In this document: one piece after another, positions 18,443 to 32,490 of the stretch | Position numbering within the stretch: position 1 is the first letter of the stretch | How the letters are laid out: each line of letters begins with the position of its first letter | NCBI GenBank assembly: GCA_943788005.1 | Contig: CALSOP010000003.1 | Span: forward strand, 68,690 to 132,689 | DNA: 64,000 bases | From: an uncultured Gammaproteobacteria bacterium | GTDB lineage: Bacteria; Pseudomonadota; Gammaproteobacteria; Eutrophobiales; Eutrophobiaceae | Direction of reading: 5' to 3' | The notes under the pieces: model-generated | Told to the model about the DNA's origin: nothing | What the model saw: only the letters and a program-made list of their open reading frames with translations | Databases searched by the model: none | Position numbers and translations under genes: made by a program

Positions 18443-18564
18443 CTGCCAAAAATATATATTGTCGCTCCTGCGCTACCTGCGCCCGCGACATTGCCTGCAT
18501 GGATGCAGGTACTAAGGGTTTGTCTGGAACAAAATCCTGACATTACGTCCATGTAAATAAAAAA

Positions 18565-19518
18565 CTAATTTTGCTTAAATTCACCAATCTGTCTGATTTT
18601 ATTTTGTCTTTGTATTACAACTTCCTCAGTTGGCAAGGATCGTAGTTGTTCTAATTCTTCAATTAAAGCGAGTTTCAGGCTATTAGCGATACTTTTAAAG
18701 TCACGATGCGCACCACCTAATGGTTCACCAATCACACGATCAACTAAATTAAGCTCACTCAACCTTTGTGCCGTGATGCCCATTGCTTCTGCAGCTTCTT
18801 TAGCATTATCGGCACTTTTCCAAAGGATTGAGGCACAACCTTCGGGTGAAATCACAGAATATGTACTAAATTGCAGCATCAATAAACGATCGCCGACGCC
18901 AATAGCGAGCGCACCGCCTGAACCACCCTCGCCAATCACTGTTGCGACAACAGGAGTTTTTAATTCTGACATTACCATCAAATTTCTGGCGATGGCTTCG
19001 CTCTGACCTCGTTCCTCGGCATCAATACCCGGGTAGGCTCCTGGCGTATCGATAAAGGTCAGGACCGGCAGGTGGAATCGTTCTGCCATCTGCATAATGC
19101 GCAGTGCTTTACGATACCCTTCCGGCTTAGGCATGCCATAATTTCGCATAATCCTGTCTTTAGTATCACGGCCTTTTTGATGGCCTATGACAGCAACCGG
19201 TTTTCCGTCTAACCTCGCTATACCAGCAATAATTGCCGGATCATCTGCAAAATACCGTTCACCATGTAATTCTTCGAAATCGGTAAAGATAAGATCAATG
19301 TAATCCTGAGTGTATGGTCGCTGAGGATGTCTCGCAACTTGAGAAACCTGCCACGGCGTCAATGAAGAAAATATGGACTCTGTTAATTTGTCACTACGCT
19401 TCTTGAGTCTTGAAATCTCTTCATTGATATTTATTTCTTTATCATTACCAACATAGCGCAATTCTTCAATTTTAGCTTCGAGTTCAGCAATTGGTTGTTC
19501 AAAATCTAGAAAATTCAT
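18565..19518 (-). CDS. accA: acetyl-CoA carboxylase carboxyltransferase alpha subunit
   Basis: [21 protein letters not shown]…, [20 protein letters not shown]. Confidence 0.95.
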   Translation of the reverse strand: MNFLDFEQPIAELEAKIEELRYVGNDKEININEEISRLKKRSDKLTESIFSSLTPWQVSQVARHPQRPYTQDYIDLIFTDFEELHGERYFADDPAIIAGIARLDGKPVAVIGHQKGRDTKDRIMRNYGMPKPEGYRKALRIMQMAERFHLPVLTFIDTPGAYPGIDAEERGQSEAIARNLMVMSELKTPVVATVIGEGGSGGALAIGVGDRLLMLQFSTYSVISPEGCASILWKSADNAKEAAEAMGITAQRLSELNLVDRVIGEPLGGAHRDFKSIANSLKLALIEELEQLRSLPTEEVVIQRQNKIRQIGEFKQN

Positions 19519-19520
19519 AA

Positions 19521-22500
19521 TTAAATCAAACTGTTATTGTTTTTAACTTTGGGATTATACTCGATTTCTACCTGATTAATATCAAGTATATTAGTTAATT
19601 CATCTATCAAGTCATCACTAATCCGGACATTCCACTCTTTCCCGAACGACACTAGGCCCACCGCATCATCTTTCACATATTTTACAATTACATTTGACAC
19701 ATCATGATTATATTTAAGCAGAGTAGTCTTGATATTATTAATTATTCCGTTACTAATTTGCGATTCGTATAAAGTTAATTTCAAGGAGCTGGAAAGATTA
19801 AAAGGGTTGTCCGATTTACGTATATCTTCAATGGTGAATATATTATCTGCAAGAATTTTAATACCGCCTTCATAGTACTCATCATTTTTAGCGTGCCCTT
19901 TAACTATTATAAGATGATCTTTGATTAAATAGTTCCGATATTTTTCATAATCATCTGTTTTAACTACAACAACTTTTCGAGAAGTGTTATCGTCAATTTT
20001 CACATCATACTCTTCTCTCATTCCTGATTTTCGGATACTCATTATGTAACCAGCTACTTTTACTTCTCCTGTTTTTATACCATAAAGTTTTCGTGTTATT
20101 TTTGAAAGTTCTTGTTTGTATCTATTAATAGGATGTCCTGACAAATAAAATCCCAAGGTTTCTTTTTCATACATCACGCGTTGTTTATCATCCCAGTCCT
20201 TTACAAAATCATAGACGGAAGATGAATCAACTTCTTCGCTTGGGCTTGTCGGAGCTTCAAGTCCAAACATATCATTCTGCCCACTATCCAAATCTTTATT
20301 GTGCTGCTCAGCTAAAGATGTTGCTTTATCAAGGTTCTCAATTAATGTGCTTCTGCCTGCTCCCAATGAATCCATGGCACCGGATTTAATCAACGCATCA
20401 AGCACCCTCTTATTCGCTTTCCTTAGATCAATCCGCTTACAAAGATCAAATAAATTTTCAAACGGACCGTTTTCTTCTCTTTCACTAATAAGGTTATCAA
20501 TTGCTGCCGCACCAACACCTTTTATTGCGCCTAGACCGTATTGAATCGTTTTATCATTGATTATAGTAAAACTATAAAAACTGGCATTCACAGAAGGCGA
20601 CACAACTTCTATCTGCATTCTGCGCGTTTCTTCAAAAAGCATTACAACCTTATCCGTATTATCCATATCGGAAGAAAGTACTGCTGCCATAAATGCAGCA
20701 GGATAATGCGCTTTTAACCACGCTGTCTGGTAAGCAACTAATGCGTAGGCTGCAGAGTGTGATTTATTGAAACCATAACCGGCAAATTTTTCCATTAAAT
20801 CGAAAATCATCGTTGCCTGTCTTTCATCAACTCCTTGGTTGACCGCACCTTCGGTAAATATCTTTCTTTGCTTGGCCATTTCTTCTGGTTTTTTCTTACC
20901 CATAGCACGACGTAATAGATCAGCCGCGCCTAAGGAATAGCCAGATAATACCTGAGCAATTTGCATCACTTGTTCTTGATAAAGAATAACCCCATAAGTT
21001 GGTTTAAGAGCAAACTCCAAATCATCATGCATATACTGCACACGTGCTCTACCATGTTTTCTATCGACAAAATCATCAACCATACCTGATTGCAATGGAC
21101 CGGGTCTGAATAAGGCAACGAGTGCAATAAGATCATCAAACACATCTGGTTTAAGTCGACTAACCAGTTTTTTCATGCCATCAGATTCAAGTTGAAATAC
21201 GGCTGTCGTATCCATACGCTGAATCAATGCATAGGTGGCAGGATCATCAAGCGGAATCTTGCGGATATTAATCTCATCTTCATTATTTTGTCTTTTTATG
21301 CGATTAACATCTCGTAACGCCCAATTAATTATGGTTAATGTTCTCAACCCAAGAAAGTCAAACTTAACAAGACCAATAGACTCAACATCACCCATATCAA
21401 ATTGAGTCACTGTTGCCTGAGAGCCCTCTTCACAATACAGTGGCATATAGTCAGATAATGGCTTGGGGGCAATAACAAGCCCACCTGCATGTCGTCCTGC
21501 ATTTCGAGAGAGTCCTTCGAGTTTTCTTGCTAAATCAAATAGGGACTTAACATCTTCCTCAGCGTTATAACGCCGTCTTAGTTCCTTTTCTTCTGCCATC
21601 GCTCTTTCTAGCGTCATGTTCAAATCAAAAGGGATTAATTTTGCGATTTGATCTACAAACCCATATGGAAACCCGAGTACTCTTCCAACATCCCTGATCA
21701 CCGCTTTAGCAGCCATGGTGCCGTAAGTAATAATCTGTGAAACATGATCACGACCATATTTCATTGCAACGTATTCAATGACTTCATCACGACGGTCCAT
21801 GCAAAAATCAATATCAAAGTCGGGTAATGAAACACGTTCAGGATTTAGAAATCTCTCAAATAATAAATCGTACTCAATAGGGTCTAACTCCGTGATATCC
21901 ATTGCGTAGGCTACTAGAGAACCAGCACCTGAACCACGACCAGGGCCGACAGGAATTCCATTTTCTTTAGCCCAACGAATAAAATCAGCAACAATAAGAA
22001 AATAACCAGAGAACCCCATGCCCGTTACAACATCTATTTCACGTTGCAATCTTAAATAATATTTTTCATGATTTGATTTTGGGATATTCGTATTTTCATC
22101 AAGGATTTTCTGTAATCCAGATTTTGCATCACTTGTCAGTCTTTGATCCTGCGTCTCACTTGAATTAACAGGGAAGTGTGGCAAGAAATTTTCGCCTAGA
22201 GTAAATTCGACATTGCATCGTTGTGCAATTCTAACGGTGTTTTCAAGCGCTTCGGGTATATCAGAAAATAACTCCTGCATTTCTTCATTTGTTCGCAGGT
22301 ATTGTTGAGCAGTGTATTGTTTGATGCGCCGGGGATCATTTAGGGTATATCCTTGTTGAATGCACACTCGCGCTTCATGCCCCTCAAAATCATCTTCTTC
22401 TATAAAGCGAACGTTATTTGTAGCGACAAGAGGAACACTATATTTTTCAGCATAATTGATAGCCTCGTGTATATAGTTGTCCTGACCTTTTCTGCCTACT

Positions 22501-23003
22501 CTTTGAACTTCAAAATAATATCTATCTGGAAAGACCGACAACCATTTCTCTATATTGCTTTCAATTTTTACATTATCTTGAAGTAAGGTAGAACTTGAGA
22601 AATCACCAGCATCTGCACAATCAATAACGATAAGTCCATCATTATAATTTTTAAGCCAATCAAACTGTACTAATGGATTGCCACGAAACTGACCTTCGGT
22701 AAAACTTTGTGTTATCAATCTAGACAGGTTTTGAAAACCTTCAATATGCTGACAAAGAAGAACAATATTTGATGGTCCATCTGGGCTGATGCCCAAAACT
22801 TTTATTTCTGCACCAATCAGTGGTTTAACACCTCTTTTATGCATCGCACGATAAAACTTTACTGCAGAAAAGGTGTTTCCCTGTTCCGTTACAGCAATTG
22901 CTGGCATGCCACTATCTGCTGCCTTGGTAGCCAAAGCATCAATCTTGATCAATCCATCAATTAGTGAAAATTCAGTATGTAGATGTAAATGGACAAAGCT
23001 CAT
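19521..23003 (-). CDS. dnaE: DNA polymerase III alpha subunit
   Basis: 1160 aa with the PHP domain [15 protein letters not shown] and the polymerase core. Intact frame. Confidence 0.97.
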   Translation of the reverse strand: MSFVHLHLHTEFSLIDGLIKIDALATKAADSGMPAIAVTEQGNTFSAVKFYRAMHKRGVKPLIGAEIKVLGISPDGPSNIVLLCQHIEGFQNLSRLITQSFTEGQFRGNPLVQFDWLKNYNDGLIVIDCADAGDFSSSTLLQDNVKIESNIEKWLSVFPDRYYFEVQRVGRKGQDNYIHEAINYAEKYSVPLVATNNVRFIEEDDFEGHEARVCIQQGYTLNDPRRIKQYTAQQYLRTNEEMQELFSDIPEALENTVRIAQRCNVEFTLGENFLPHFPVNSSETQDQRLTSDAKSGLQKILDENTNIPKSNHEKYYLRLQREIDVVTGMGFSGYFLIVADFIRWAKENGIPVGPGRGSGAGSLVAYAMDITELDPIEYDLLFERFLNPERVSLPDFDIDFCMDRRDEVIEYVAMKYGRDHVSQIITYGTMAAKAVIRDVGRVLGFPYGFVDQIAKLIPFDLNMTLERAMAEEKELRRRYNAEEDVKSLFDLARKLEGLSRNAGRHAGGLVIAPKPLSDYMPLYCEEGSQATVTQFDMGDVESIGLVKFDFLGLRTLTIINWALRDVNRIKRQNNEDEINIRKIPLDDPATYALIQRMDTTAVFQLESDGMKKLVSRLKPDVFDDLIALVALFRPGPLQSGMVDDFVDRKHGRARVQYMHDDLEFALKPTYGVILYQEQVMQIAQVLSGYSLGAADLLRRAMGKKKPEEMAKQRKIFTEGAVNQGVDERQATMIFDLMEKFAGYGFNKSHSAAYALVAYQTAWLKAHYPAAFMAAVLSSDMDNTDKVVMLFEETRRMQIEVVSPSVNASFYSFTIINDKTIQYGLGAIKGVGAAAIDNLISEREENGPFENLFDLCKRIDLRKANKRVLDALIKSGAMDSLGAGRSTLIENLDKATSLAEQHNKDLDSGQNDMFGLEAPTSPSEEVDSSSVYDFVKDWDDKQRVMYEKETLGFYLSGHPINRYKQELSKITRKLYGIKTGEVKVAGYIMSIRKSGMREEYDVKIDDNTSRKVVVVKTDDYEKYRNYLIKDHLIIVKGHAKNDEYYEGGIKILADNIFTIEDIRKSDNPFNLSSSLKLTLYESQISNGIINNIKTTLLKYNHDVSNVIVKYVKDDAVGLVSFGKEWNVRISDDLIDELTNILDINQVEIEYNPKVKNNNSLI

Positions 23004-23015
23004 ACAAATAAATAA

Positions 23016-23606
23016 TTACACTATATATTTAGCAACTGGAGCAAAACTACGTCGATGTATTTTTGTTATTCCTAGTCTTGCTAAAGCTTCAATATGTTGT
23101 TTCGTGGGATAACCTTTATGCGATGAAAAACCATAGTCAGGATATTTTTCATCAAAGTTAACCATTTCATTATCCCGCGCCACTTTAGCGACAATTGATG
23201 CTGCACTAATTGCGGGAATCAAACTATCACCTTTGACAATGGCGATAGTTTTATAATTGACTACAGGCGTAAAATTACCATCTACAACCACCATTGCTGG
23301 TCTTTTTCCTAACGCTTCTACGGCACGTTTCATAGCCAGTAAACTAGCTTGCAATATATTTATTTCATCAATCTCTTCAACTTCTGCCCGTCCCAACGAC
23401 CAAGCCAATGATTTAGATTTTATTTCATCAGACAAGGCCATTCGTTTTTTATGGCTCAGTTTTTTAGAGTCTTTCAAGCCATTGATTATATTATCCGGAT
23501 CTAATATGACCGCAGCCGCGACAACTGGTCCTGCAAGCGGTCCTCTGCCAACTTCATCAACGCCAGCCACCAAGTCAAGGTTGTTAATATAAGAATAATC
23601 AGTCAT
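23016..23606 (-). CDS. rnhB: ribonuclease HII
   Basis: [25 protein letters not shown]. Start placed at MTDYSY (ATG 23606-23604), which overlaps the lpxB stop in ATGACTGA. The track's longer start at 23690 lies inside lpxB. Confidence 0.9.
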   Translation of the reverse strand: MTDYSYINNLDLVAGVDEVGRGPLAGPVVAAAVILDPDNIINGLKDSKKLSHKKRMALSDEIKSKSLAWSLGRAEVEEIDEINILQASLLAMKRAVEALGKRPAMVVVDGNFTPVVNYKTIAIVKGDSLIPAISAASIVAKVARDNEMVNFDEKYPDYGFSSHKGYPTKQHIEALARLGITKIHRRSFAPVAKYIV

Positions 23607-24747
23607 CTTTATTACCTTCAAGTAATTCAAATATGGCATTAGCTGCTTGTAGATCAGCATTCTTTTTAAGTTTGTCAGATAAACCAACAAATTCCATTTT
23701 CATTTGATCAGTCTGTTCATCAGATCCCAATAATTTATTTAATTCGGTAGATAATATTTCCGGGGTGCACCTTGATTGTAAACATTCCGGCACCAGCATT
23801 TTACCTGCGAGAATATTTGGTAGAGAGGCATAGGGTATCTTTGCTAATAACTTGACTATTAGATGCGTTAAAAATGAGAGTTTATATGCAACTACCATTG
23901 GTTTTTTCAACAGCATTGCCTCAAGCGTTGCAGTCCCGGATGCGAGCATAATGTAATCCGCGGCTTCCATTATTTGATGAGTATTACCTACGCTAATATT
24001 GATCTCCAAATCTGGCGCAACTTTATTTTTTATTTCTATAAAATAATTAAGTGACTTTTCATCAATCAAACCACTTATAAAATATAGATTAGGGTTTGTT
24101 GTTTGAGATAAAACAGCTGCTTTTAATAGTGGGCTTGCAATTCTTTTTATTTCAGATAAGCGACTGCCAGGTAAAAGTGCAACAACTATTTTTTCTCGCG
24201 GAATGTTTAAGCCTAATCTGGCTGTCGGTATATCTGGTGTGGTTGTTATACTGTCTGCTAACGGATGACCAACATAACGATTTGGCACACCGTATTTATT
24301 ATATATAGCAGCTTCAAATGGAAACAGACACAATACCAGATCAGCAGCCATACGAATTTTCTTTACTCTATATTCACGCCAGGCCCATACTGATGGGCTG
24401 ACATAATGAACCGTCTTTATACCTGCCTTATGCAACTCTTTTTCTAGCCAAAGATTAAAATCAGGTGCATCTATACCGATAAAAACATCTGGTGGATTAT
24501 TAATAAAATATTGTAGCAGGTTGTCTCTAATATTTTTTAATTCAAAATATCGTCCAGCTACTTCCGTAATGCCCATTACGGACAATCGTTCCATGGGAAA
24601 TAAAACTTTCATACCTGTGGCAACAAGTTTTTGTCCGCCAATACCCTCTACTAGTAAGGCTTCAGTTTTTTTTTCTAGTTCATTAATCAGACCTGCACCA
24701 AGCATGTCGCCTGATGCTTCACCCGCGACAATTCCTATACGAACCAT
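23599..24747 (-). CDS. lpxB: lipid-A-disaccharide synthase
   Basis: [18 protein letters not shown]… and conserved order lpxA-lpxB-rnhB. Confidence 0.92.
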   Translation of the reverse strand: MVRIGIVAGEASGDMLGAGLINELEKKTEALLVEGIGGQKLVATGMKVLFPMERLSVMGITEVAGRYFELKNIRDNLLQYFINNPPDVFIGIDAPDFNLWLEKELHKAGIKTVHYVSPSVWAWREYRVKKIRMAADLVLCLFPFEAAIYNKYGVPNRYVGHPLADSITTTPDIPTARLGLNIPREKIVVALLPGSRLSEIKRIASPLLKAAVLSQTTNPNLYFISGLIDEKSLNYFIEIKNKVAPDLEINISVGNTHQIMEAADYIMLASGTATLEAMLLKKPMVVAYKLSFLTHLIVKLLAKIPYASLPNILAGKMLVPECLQSRCTPEILSTELNKLLGSDEQTDQMKMEFVGLSDKLKKNADLQAANAIFELLEGNKDD

Positions 24748-24783
24748 TGAACTATCTTAATACGGCTGCTATGTAAAACTGAT

Positions 24784-25557
24784 TCATCTAACAATTCCAC
24801 GCTGAGAAGACGCAATAAATGCGCGCATAACTTCTACTTTATCAGACTCAGTAGCTAAGTCTGATAGAACGTTAAGAGCATCTTTAAGTATCAACCCATC
24901 TCGATAAATTGCCTTATAGGCCTTGCGTAGAATATTAATAGTTTCGGAATCAAACCCATGCCTTTTCAAGCCTTCTCGGTTTAATCCGGAGGGTTTCGCT
25001 GAGTTGCCGGACACTAGAACATAGGGAGGAACATCTTTGACAATCACCGATGAAATCGCAGAAAAGCTATATCTACCAACACGACAAAACTGATGTACCC
25101 CAGTAAAGCCACCAAGAATAACAAAGTCGTCAATAATCACATGACCCGCTAAAGTCACATTATTAGCAAAAACAGCATCGTTACCAACAACACAATCATG
25201 TGCAACATGCACGTATGCCATGATCCAATTATTATCACCAATAATTGTTTTACCACCACCATCATTTGTGCCTCGGTTTATTGAAACATATTCTCGAATG
25301 GTATTCCCGGCACCTATTTCCAGTGTCGAGTTTTTTTCTTTTATATATTTTTTATCCTGAGGATCTTCACCGATAGAACAAAAGTGAAAGATCTTGTTGT
25401 TTGGTCCAATCTTTGTAGGACCATTGATAACAACATGAGAGCCAATAACAGAATCAGCCCCTATAGATACATTCTCACCTATTATCGAATACGGGCCAAT
25501 AGTTACATTAGATTCAAGTATGGCATCGGGATGAACAATTGCAGTGGCATCTATCAT
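24784..25557 (-). CDS. lpxA: acyl-ACP--UDP-GlcNAc O-acyltransferase
   Basis: Hexapeptide repeats, and the C-terminal GLNREGLKRHGF motif. Confidence 0.95.
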   Translation of the reverse strand: MIDATAIVHPDAILESNVTIGPYSIIGENVSIGADSVIGSHVVINGPTKIGPNNKIFHFCSIGEDPQDKKYIKEKNSTLEIGAGNTIREYVSINRGTNDGGGKTIIGDNNWIMAYVHVAHDCVVGNDAVFANNVTLAGHVIIDDFVILGGFTGVHQFCRVGRYSFSAISSVIVKDVPPYVLVSGNSAKPSGLNREGLKRHGFDSETINILRKAYKAIYRDGLILKDALNVLSDLATESDKVEVMRAFIASSQRGIVR

Positions 25558-25561
25558 GGAA

Positions 25562-26017
25562 TTATTCCATGACTGTTGTTAATAGCTCTGCTGATGTTAT
25601 TAATTGTGAATCTACATACGCAGAAGCATGAAATTTCCAGATATTTCTTTTTAATGCAAGAAACTTGACGTCTAAAATTAATTGATCGCCTGGTCCAGCT
25701 GGTTTTCTAAAGCGCACTTTATCAATGCCGACCAAGTAAAATAAACTATCCTCGGTTATATCACCTTCTTCAAAACCTAATGCACCCAGCAGTCCCGCAG
25801 CTTGCGCCAATGCTTCAATAATCAACACACCTGGCATGACCGATTTACTAGGAAAATGTCCTTGAAAAAATGGTTCGTTGATCGTTATATTTTTTAATGC
25901 CTTTATATATTGACCCTTTTCTACTTCAAGCACACGGTCAATCAACAAGAATGGATACCGGTGTGGTAATAAAGTCTTTATTTTTTCTATATCTACCATG
26001 GCTGAAGCGTCTTGCAT
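25562..26017 (-). CDS. fabZ: 3-hydroxyacyl-ACP dehydratase
   Basis: [13 protein letters not shown]…FFQGHFP…PGVL. Confidence 0.95.
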   Translation of the reverse strand: MQDASAMVDIEKIKTLLPHRYPFLLIDRVLEVEKGQYIKALKNITINEPFFQGHFPSKSVMPGVLIIEALAQAAGLLGALGFEEGDITEDSLFYLVGIDKVRFRKPAGPGDQLILDVKFLALKRNIWKFHASAYVDSQLITSAELLTTVME

Positions 26018-26030
26018 ATATATTCCATCT

Positions 26031-27035
26031 TTATTCTAATTTAAACATTATTTTTTTTATTATTTGATCCAAATTCTTAAAGCGTATTATATTTCTTTTC
26101 CAGATTTTATTATCAGTAACTGGAATAGCAGAAGAATAAACTCCTGGAGTTTTAATTGAGTTAGCCACCCCTGACATACCAGTAATAATAACATCGTCTG
26201 TAATCTCTATATGACCATTAATGCTACTTGCACCACCAATTTGGCATCTTTTCCCTATATAAGCGCTTCCTGCCAACGCCACACATCCCGCAATTGCGGT
26301 ATTTTCACCTACAAATGCGTTATGACCAATCTGTACTTGATTATCTATCTTAACGCCATTACTAATGATGGTATTGCCTATTGCACCTCTGTCAATTGTT
26401 GAATTTGCTCCGACTTCAACATTATTGCCAAGGTTAACAGAACCAATCTGGGGAATCTTTAACCATTCTCCATTCTCTTGAGCTAGGCCGAAGCCATCAG
26501 CGCCAATAACAACACCAGGATGGAGAATAACATTATTTCCTATACAGACATCATGGCATAGGGTAATGTTTGCAATCAATATCGTGTTTTCTCCAATACA
26601 GACATTATCTGCAATGACACAGCCTGGTCCTATATATGTCTCAGCATTAATTGTGACGTTGTCACCAATAACAACATTCGCGGAGATTGTAGAGGTATGA
26701 TCAATATTACATTTTTGACCTATAACCGCTTTCTCATTAATAGCGCCATGATGTTGCTTGATCGGGTACAGATAATTTGCAATTTTTGCATAGACTAGAT
26801 AGGGAGCATTACTAACCAGAGCATTTGTAGGGCAGTTTTTTAAATCGTTCTCAGATAATATAACTGCTGAAGCCTTTGTTTTTAGTAGTCGGTTTGCGTA
26901 ATGTCGATTTGATAGAAATGTAATTTCACCAGTACTTGCCAAATCCAATGTATTGACAGCATTAATTACACACTCAGGATCTCCAACTAACCTAGCTCCG
27001 CTTACTTTTGACAATTCTGCAAGTATGGCAGACAT
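26031..27035 (-). CDS. lpxD: UDP-3-O-acylglucosamine N-acyltransferase
   Basis: Left-handed beta-helix hexapeptide repeats and conserved position between skp and fabZ. Confidence 0.93.
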   Translation of the reverse strand: MSAILAELSKVSGARLVGDPECVINAVNTLDLASTGEITFLSNRHYANRLLKTKASAVILSENDLKNCPTNALVSNAPYLVYAKIANYLYPIKQHHGAINEKAVIGQKCNIDHTSTISANVVIGDNVTINAETYIGPGCVIADNVCIGENTILIANITLCHDVCIGNNVILHPGVVIGADGFGLAQENGEWLKIPQIGSVNLGNNVEVGANSTIDRGAIGNTIISNGVKIDNQVQIGHNAFVGENTAIAGCVALAGSAYIGKRCQIGGASSINGHIEITDDVIITGMSGVANSIKTPGVYSSAIPVTDNKIWKRNIIRFKNLDQIIKKIMFKLE

Positions 27036-27058
27036 ACAACATTGCTCGCTAATTAGTC

Positions 27059-27589
27059 TTAATCAGAGACAGCATTACCTTCCTTTTTAAGGAAATCAAT
27101 TACTAATCCACTTATATCAACTTTTGAGCTAGCGAATATGACTCCTTCGCCGAGAATAACATCATAATTATTTTCTTTTGCGATCTTTTGTATCGCTACT
27201 ACAACCCGTTTTTGGATTTTACCAAACTCTTCATTGCGTCGAAAATTCAGGTCTTCTCTAAACTCATCCTGGTCTCTTTTAAGATCCCGCTTTTGTGCAA
27301 CGAGATCTCTTTCTAGTTTTGCAAGCTCTTGCTCACTCATAATGGCTCGATCTTTATTAAACTTATCTTCAAGCGCCTTAATCTTTTTTTGAGCTGCAAC
27401 TAAGCCTTTGTCTCGAGGAGAAAATTCTTTTTCAAGCATTTTTATCGCTGCTTCAGCTTGGGGCGACTCTTGTAAAATTCGGTTTGCATTGACAGCCCCT
27501 ATTTTATAAGTCTCTTCCGCAAACGCGACAGATGTTGTAAAAGCCATGACAGCTAGGATCGAAACAATTGCTTTAAACAAGGTATTCAT
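27059..27589 (-). CDS. skp: periplasmic chaperone Skp (OmpH)
   Basis: Signal peptide plus a charged coiled-coil body. Conserved position after bamA. Confidence 0.85.
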   Translation of the reverse strand: MNTLFKAIVSILAVMAFTTSVAFAEETYKIGAVNANRILQESPQAEAAIKMLEKEFSPRDKGLVAAQKKIKALEDKFNKDRAIMSEQELAKLERDLVAQKRDLKRDQDEFREDLNFRRNEEFGKIQKRVVVAIQKIAKENNYDVILGEGVIFASSKVDISGLVIDFLKKEGNAVSD

Positions 27590-27610
27590 TAACTTTAAAC
27601 TCCAAAATAA

Positions 27611-29916
27611 CTAAAATGATGTCCCAAAACTGAATTGGAAATTTTGTATTTGATCTGTACTTTTGTCTCCAAAAGGCATTGCAATGCTAGCACTAACAGC
27701 ACCAAATGGAGAAATCCAAATGCCACTTAGCCCGGCTGAATGACGCATTTCACCAAATGATACATCTTCATTAGTGCCAAAGACATTACCGCCATCGACA
27801 AATGTAGTCAGCCTAATAGATTTTTTATAGCTGGTGAGAAAAGGCACGGGCAAAATAATCTCGGCATTATAAAGGATTCTGGTGTCTCCACCGAGGGCTC
27901 TATTGGTAGAATCTCTCGGTCCTAATGTATTTTCTTCATAACCCCTGAGCGAATCGTGGGCCACCAGCATAAAAATTTTCAAAGAAGGGCAAACCTGACG
28001 TATCGCCATAGCTATCGCCGTATCCAAATTTACCGCCTAGCACCAGAACAAAGTCTTCATTGTATAAATCCTTGAACCACTTTGCTTCATAGTTAATTTT
28101 ATAATATTCAAGGGAGTTACCGAAACTCGGTATGGCGATTACGGCATTTATGCGCTGAAATGCGCCTTTATCTGGCAAAATGGCCTTGTTTCTTGTGTCA
28201 TATGCAAAATTCACATTGAATTTTAAAATATCATATTGACTGCCATTGTTATTTATAAAATTATTAATCTGGGATGACGTGCCGGCTGAAGTACTAATCT
28301 CTGTATTGGTATAACCAAATGATGTGCCTATCGTATTATACTCACTAATAGGAAGAGAAAGCGCAAAAGTTGCACCAAATTCTTTTGTTTCAAAAACGGC
28401 CAAGTTGGCATCTTCGGCATTGGTCTCTCGGTAAAAAATATCATACGCCGCACCGATACCATCATCTGTAAAATAGGGGTTTGAGTAGCCTAAACCGTAG
28501 CGCGTATTAACATCACTATTATTGAACTGAAAACTAAGCATGTTTCCGGTACCAAGGATGTTATTTTGAGATATAGATGTATTAAAGATTAATCCTTGTG
28601 CCTGTGAAAAGCCTATACCTGCGCCTAATTGCCCTCCAGAACGCTCCTCCACGGTATAATTAATATCTACCTGATCAGTAGAACCCGGTACCGCAGGTGT
28701 TTCTACATTAACATCTTCAAAAAACCCCGTTCTTTGTAATCGTTGTTTGCCTCTTTCGACCTGTGTAGTCGATATCCACGCGCCTTCCTGCTGCCTCATT
28801 TCACGTCTTAAAACAACGTCTTTTGTTTTTGCATTTCCAGTAAAATTAATTCGTCTAACATAGACGCGTTTTCCCGGGTCCACAAAAAAAGTTACCGAGA
28901 CCGTCTTGTCTTCTTTATTAATTTCCGGTATCGAATTAACATTGGCAAAAGAATAACCTTCTTGACCCAATCGCTCTGTCAAGGCCTTACTGCTATTGGT
29001 TATTTTCTTACGAGAAAAAAGTTCATCCGATTGTATTGATATTAATTCAAAACAAACTTTCTTCCGGCAAAATGTAATCACCGGCAAGTCTCACTTCCGT
29101 GACAGTATACTGTTCACCTTCAGTGATATTGATCGTGATATAGATGTCTTTTTTATCTGGTGTAATCGAAACCTGTGTCGAATCAACATTAAAATTAAGA
29201 TAACCGCCGTCTAAATAGTATGACCGTAATGCTTCAAGGTCACCTGATAACTTTTGTTTCGAATATTGATCATTGTTTGTATAAAACGACAACAAATTTG
29301 GGGCACTTAATTTGAATTCTTTTAACAATCTCTTTTCAGTATAAACCGTGTTTCCAACAATATTTATTTTCTTAATCTTGGCAGCAAGCCCCTCTGAGAC
29401 CTCTATCAAAACCCCGACACGGTTATTTTCTAGCTTGTTTACTGTAGATTTAATTTTGACTGCGTATTTGCCATTTGAGTAATACTGCCGCTGTAATTCC
29501 TGTTCAACCGAATCTAACGTCGACTGAACAAACACCCTGCCTTCTGAAAACCCAAATTGCTTAAGATTTTCCATTAGCTCATCTGTCTCAATATCTTCAT
29601 TACCCGTCATTGTAATAGAACCGATAGACGGGCGTTCTTTAAAAATGAGAATCAGATTATTCCCATCTCTTTCGAGCTTCACGTCCTCGAAAAATCCGGT
29701 TTTAAACAGGGCCTTTACTGCTTCAGACGAACGCGAATCATCAAAAGTATCACCAACCTTCATTGGCAAATAATTAAAAACTGTTCCTGGGGTAATTCGC
29801 TCCAGCCCTTCAACACGAATGTCTTGAATCACAAACTCTTGCGCTGCCTGCGGTTGCGAAAGAAGTACTAATGATAGTACTAAAATATAAAGTATATTAT
29901 TAACTATGAATCGCAT
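27611..29916 (-). pseudogene. bamA: outer membrane protein assembly factor BamA, frame broken twice as sequenced (probably functional in vivo)
   Basis: Three overlapping ORFs (29047..29916, 27936..29087, 27611..28027) together give the POTRA1-5 domains plus the beta-barrel. Break 1 is at A-run 29049-29052 (…LPEESLF* / ELISIQSDELFSRKK). Break 2 is at the G3C3 run 27957-27962 (…FENFYAGG / HDSLRGYEENTLGPRD). Confidence 0.9.
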
Positions 29917-29944
29917 ATGACTGATATTTATTATTTTTAGTGTT

Positions 29945-31312
29945 TTATCCTAATAACCGGATAATATCGTTATAAAAAGCAATACTCATTAACCCTAGCA
30001 ACAAGACTATTCCTATCTGCTGCCCAAGCATTTGAATCGCCTCAGAAACCGGTTTCCCTATCACCGCCTCTATAAGGTAATACATTAAGTGCCCGCCATC
30101 CAGTAATGGAACAGGCAACAAATTTAGCACTCCCAAACTGATGCTCACTATGGCCATAAAACTGAAAAAAGCAAGCAACCCTATTCCAGCGGATTGTCCC
30201 GCATATTGCGCAATACTAATCGGACCACTCAAGTTTTTCACCGACGCATCACCAATCAGCATTCTACCAAGTACTCGAAGAGTTAGCACTGACATTTCCC
30301 AAGTCTTTTTTATTGACTTTAGTAATGCATGCGGCATCGGGTAAGACTCTATTACAAAATAGGAATCAAACAAACCATCTGCAACATAGGCTGCAGCACC
30401 AATACGCCCAATAGTCTCTCCTTCTGATTGAATACTATCTGGAATAACTTCAATATTAATGGTGCTACCGCTTCGCAACACCTCGATATTAAGATTTTTC
30501 TCCGGGTTATCACGAATAAATTCAACCCACTGACTCCACGATTGAGTACTAACTCCATTAACGCTAACTATTTCATCACGCTGGAGTAAGCCGCTTTTTT
30601 CAGCGGCACCACCAGGCAGAACATCTCCGATGACTGCAGGAAGTTTTAATTCAATAACACTCAAGCCCAAAGCTTCAAGTAATTTACCTTCCGCCATCTC
30701 ATCTATTGTAATTTGTGACAGATCAATTTCTGCATATTGTTTAACACCAGTATTGTCTATCACAACTAAACTTATAGTCTCACGATTAACAGTATGATTG
30801 ACTAATTTGTCTATAACTGTAGACCAAGTTAATGTTTGTACACTATTAACTGAAATTATTTCCTGCCCAGCCTTCAGACCCGCATTGTCACTAATAGACG
30901 CTGGTTCAACTTCTCCAATGATCGGCTTTAAACCATTTACACCGATAACGAATATTACCCAGTAAGCAAAAATAGCAAAGATGAAATTAAAAACAGGGCC
31001 CGCTGAAACAATAGCGAATCGTTGCCATAAGGGCTTATAATTAAATGAACGTGGTATTTCCTCTTCCTTTACTTCACCCTCCCGCTCGTCCAACATTTTC
31101 ACATATCCGCCCAAGGGTAATGCTGCAATAACAAACTCAGTATTATCTTGACCGAAATGTTTTTTATAAATGGTACGACCAAAACCTATTGAAAACCGAA
31201 GGATTTTTACATCAAAACATTTGGCCACCCAATAATGTCCAAACTCATGAAATGTAATTAGCACGCCCAGAGCAACAATGAATGCTGCTATAGATTGCAA
31301 AATATCAATCAT
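29945..31312 (-). CDS. rseP: RIP zinc metalloprotease RseP
   Basis: [10 protein letters not shown] (HExxH), two PDZ regions, and the C-terminal [13 protein letters not shown]. Confidence 0.92.
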   Translation of the reverse strand: MIDILQSIAAFIVALGVLITFHEFGHYWVAKCFDVKILRFSIGFGRTIYKKHFGQDNTEFVIAALPLGGYVKMLDEREGEVKEEEIPRSFNYKPLWQRFAIVSAGPVFNFIFAIFAYWVIFVIGVNGLKPIIGEVEPASISDNAGLKAGQEIISVNSVQTLTWSTVIDKLVNHTVNRETISLVVIDNTGVKQYAEIDLSQITIDEMAEGKLLEALGLSVIELKLPAVIGDVLPGGAAEKSGLLQRDEIVSVNGVSTQSWSQWVEFIRDNPEKNLNIEVLRSGSTINIEVIPDSIQSEGETIGRIGAAAYVADGLFDSYFVIESYPMPHALLKSIKKTWEMSVLTLRVLGRMLIGDASVKNLSGPISIAQYAGQSAGIGLLAFFSFMAIVSISLGVLNLLPVPLLDGGHLMYYLIEAVIGKPVSEAIQMLGQQIGIVLLLGLMSIAFYNDIIRLLG

Positions 31313-32490
31313 GCAGCCAGATCACTAATCGTCATCAAAGCGCAATCTCTTGCTGCTCTATCATCTTTAAGGATGACGTCAAGAGAATTTGCTTCGTTGT
31401 GCGTTACACTTTCCAAAACTGTTTCAATAACACGGGCAATATTCGTGAACTGAAGTCGTTTATTCAAGAACTCATTGACAGCGACTTCATTAGCCGCATT
31501 GAGAATTGCGCTACTGGTTCCACCTTGTTCCATAGCTTCACGCGCTAGTCTTAAACAAGGGAAACGTTGTTCATCCGGCTTTACAAAATCAAGCTGTGCG
31601 ATATCAAATAAATCAAGCCTTTCAACACCAGCATCAATTCTTTCTGGCCAAGCTAAACCGTATGCGATTGGCGTACGCATATCCGGATTACCTAACTGTG
31701 CCAATACTGAACCGTCACTATACTCGACTAAAGAATGTATAACGCTCTGAGGATGGATAACAACTTGTATAAATTCAGTCTGTGTATGGAACAACCAACA
31801 TGCCTCGATAACTTCCAATCCTTTATTCATCATCGTCGCTGAATCGACCGATATTTTTCTTCCCATTATCCAATTTGGATGTGCACAAGCTTGCTCTGGT
31901 GTCATAGAAGAAAGATGTTCTATGGGAGTAGTTCTAAATGGCCCACCTGAAGCAGTAAGCAATATCTTCTTGACACCCAGCTTTTCAAATTCATTACTAA
32001 AATCAGTCGGCATACATTGAAAAATAGCATTGTGTTCACTATCAATGGGTAATAGCTCAGCGTTATTTTCCTGAACAGTGTCCATAAATAATTTACCTGA
32101 CATAACCAAAGCCTCTTTATTAGCAAGCAACACCCGTTTCCCCGCTTCTGCTGCCTTAAGTGTAGGCAATAACCCTGCCGCGCCTACAATAGCAGCCATA
32201 ACATAATCAACATCAGCAAGAGTCACCACTTTCTGCAATCCATCCGCACCGCTCAATACCGTGATATCTGGTGCCTGTGTTTTTAACTCTTGTTCCAGCC
32301 GCAACGCTGAATCTTCATCTACCATGACAGCAAATTCCGGTTGATGTTTTATGCACTGCTCGCGAATTACATCGACATTAGTGTTTGCCGTTAATGCCTT
32401 AATCATATATTTATCAGCGTGGCGTGAAATAACATCTAGCGTATTAACACCGATGCTACCTGTTGAACCAAGAACCGTAATTCCCTTCAT
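31309..32490 (-). CDS. dxr: 1-deoxy-D-xylulose 5-phosphate reductoisomerase
   Basis: [35 protein letters not shown]. Confidence 0.95.
   Translation of the reverse strand: MKGITVLGSTGSIGVNTLDVISRHADKYMIKALTANTNVDVIREQCIKHQPEFAVMVDEDSALRLEQELKTQAPDITVLSGADGLQKVVTLADVDYVMAAIVGAAGLLPTLKAAEAGKRVLLANKEALVMSGKLFMDTVQENNAELLPIDSEHNAIFQCMPTDFSNEFEKLGVKKILLTASGGPFRTTPIEHLSSMTPEQACAHPNWIMGRKISVDSATMMNKGLEVIEACWLFHTQTEFIQVVIHPQSVIHSLVEYSDGSVLAQLGNPDMRTPIAYGLAWPERIDAGVERLDLFDIAQLDFVKPDEQRFPCLRLAREAMEQGGTSSAILNAANEVAVNEFLNKRLQFTNIARVIETVLESVTHNEANSLDVILKDDRAARDCALMTISDLAA

Noticed and set aside
27611-29916. Treating the three bamA ORFs (and the paired ORFs of cdsA, map, cbiX, and the SDR) as separate genes
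   Set aside because: The fragments are collinear pieces of single well-known proteins that overlap by a few codons at the frame switches. Internal 'starts' such as MPVITFCRKK are out-of-frame read-through artefacts.
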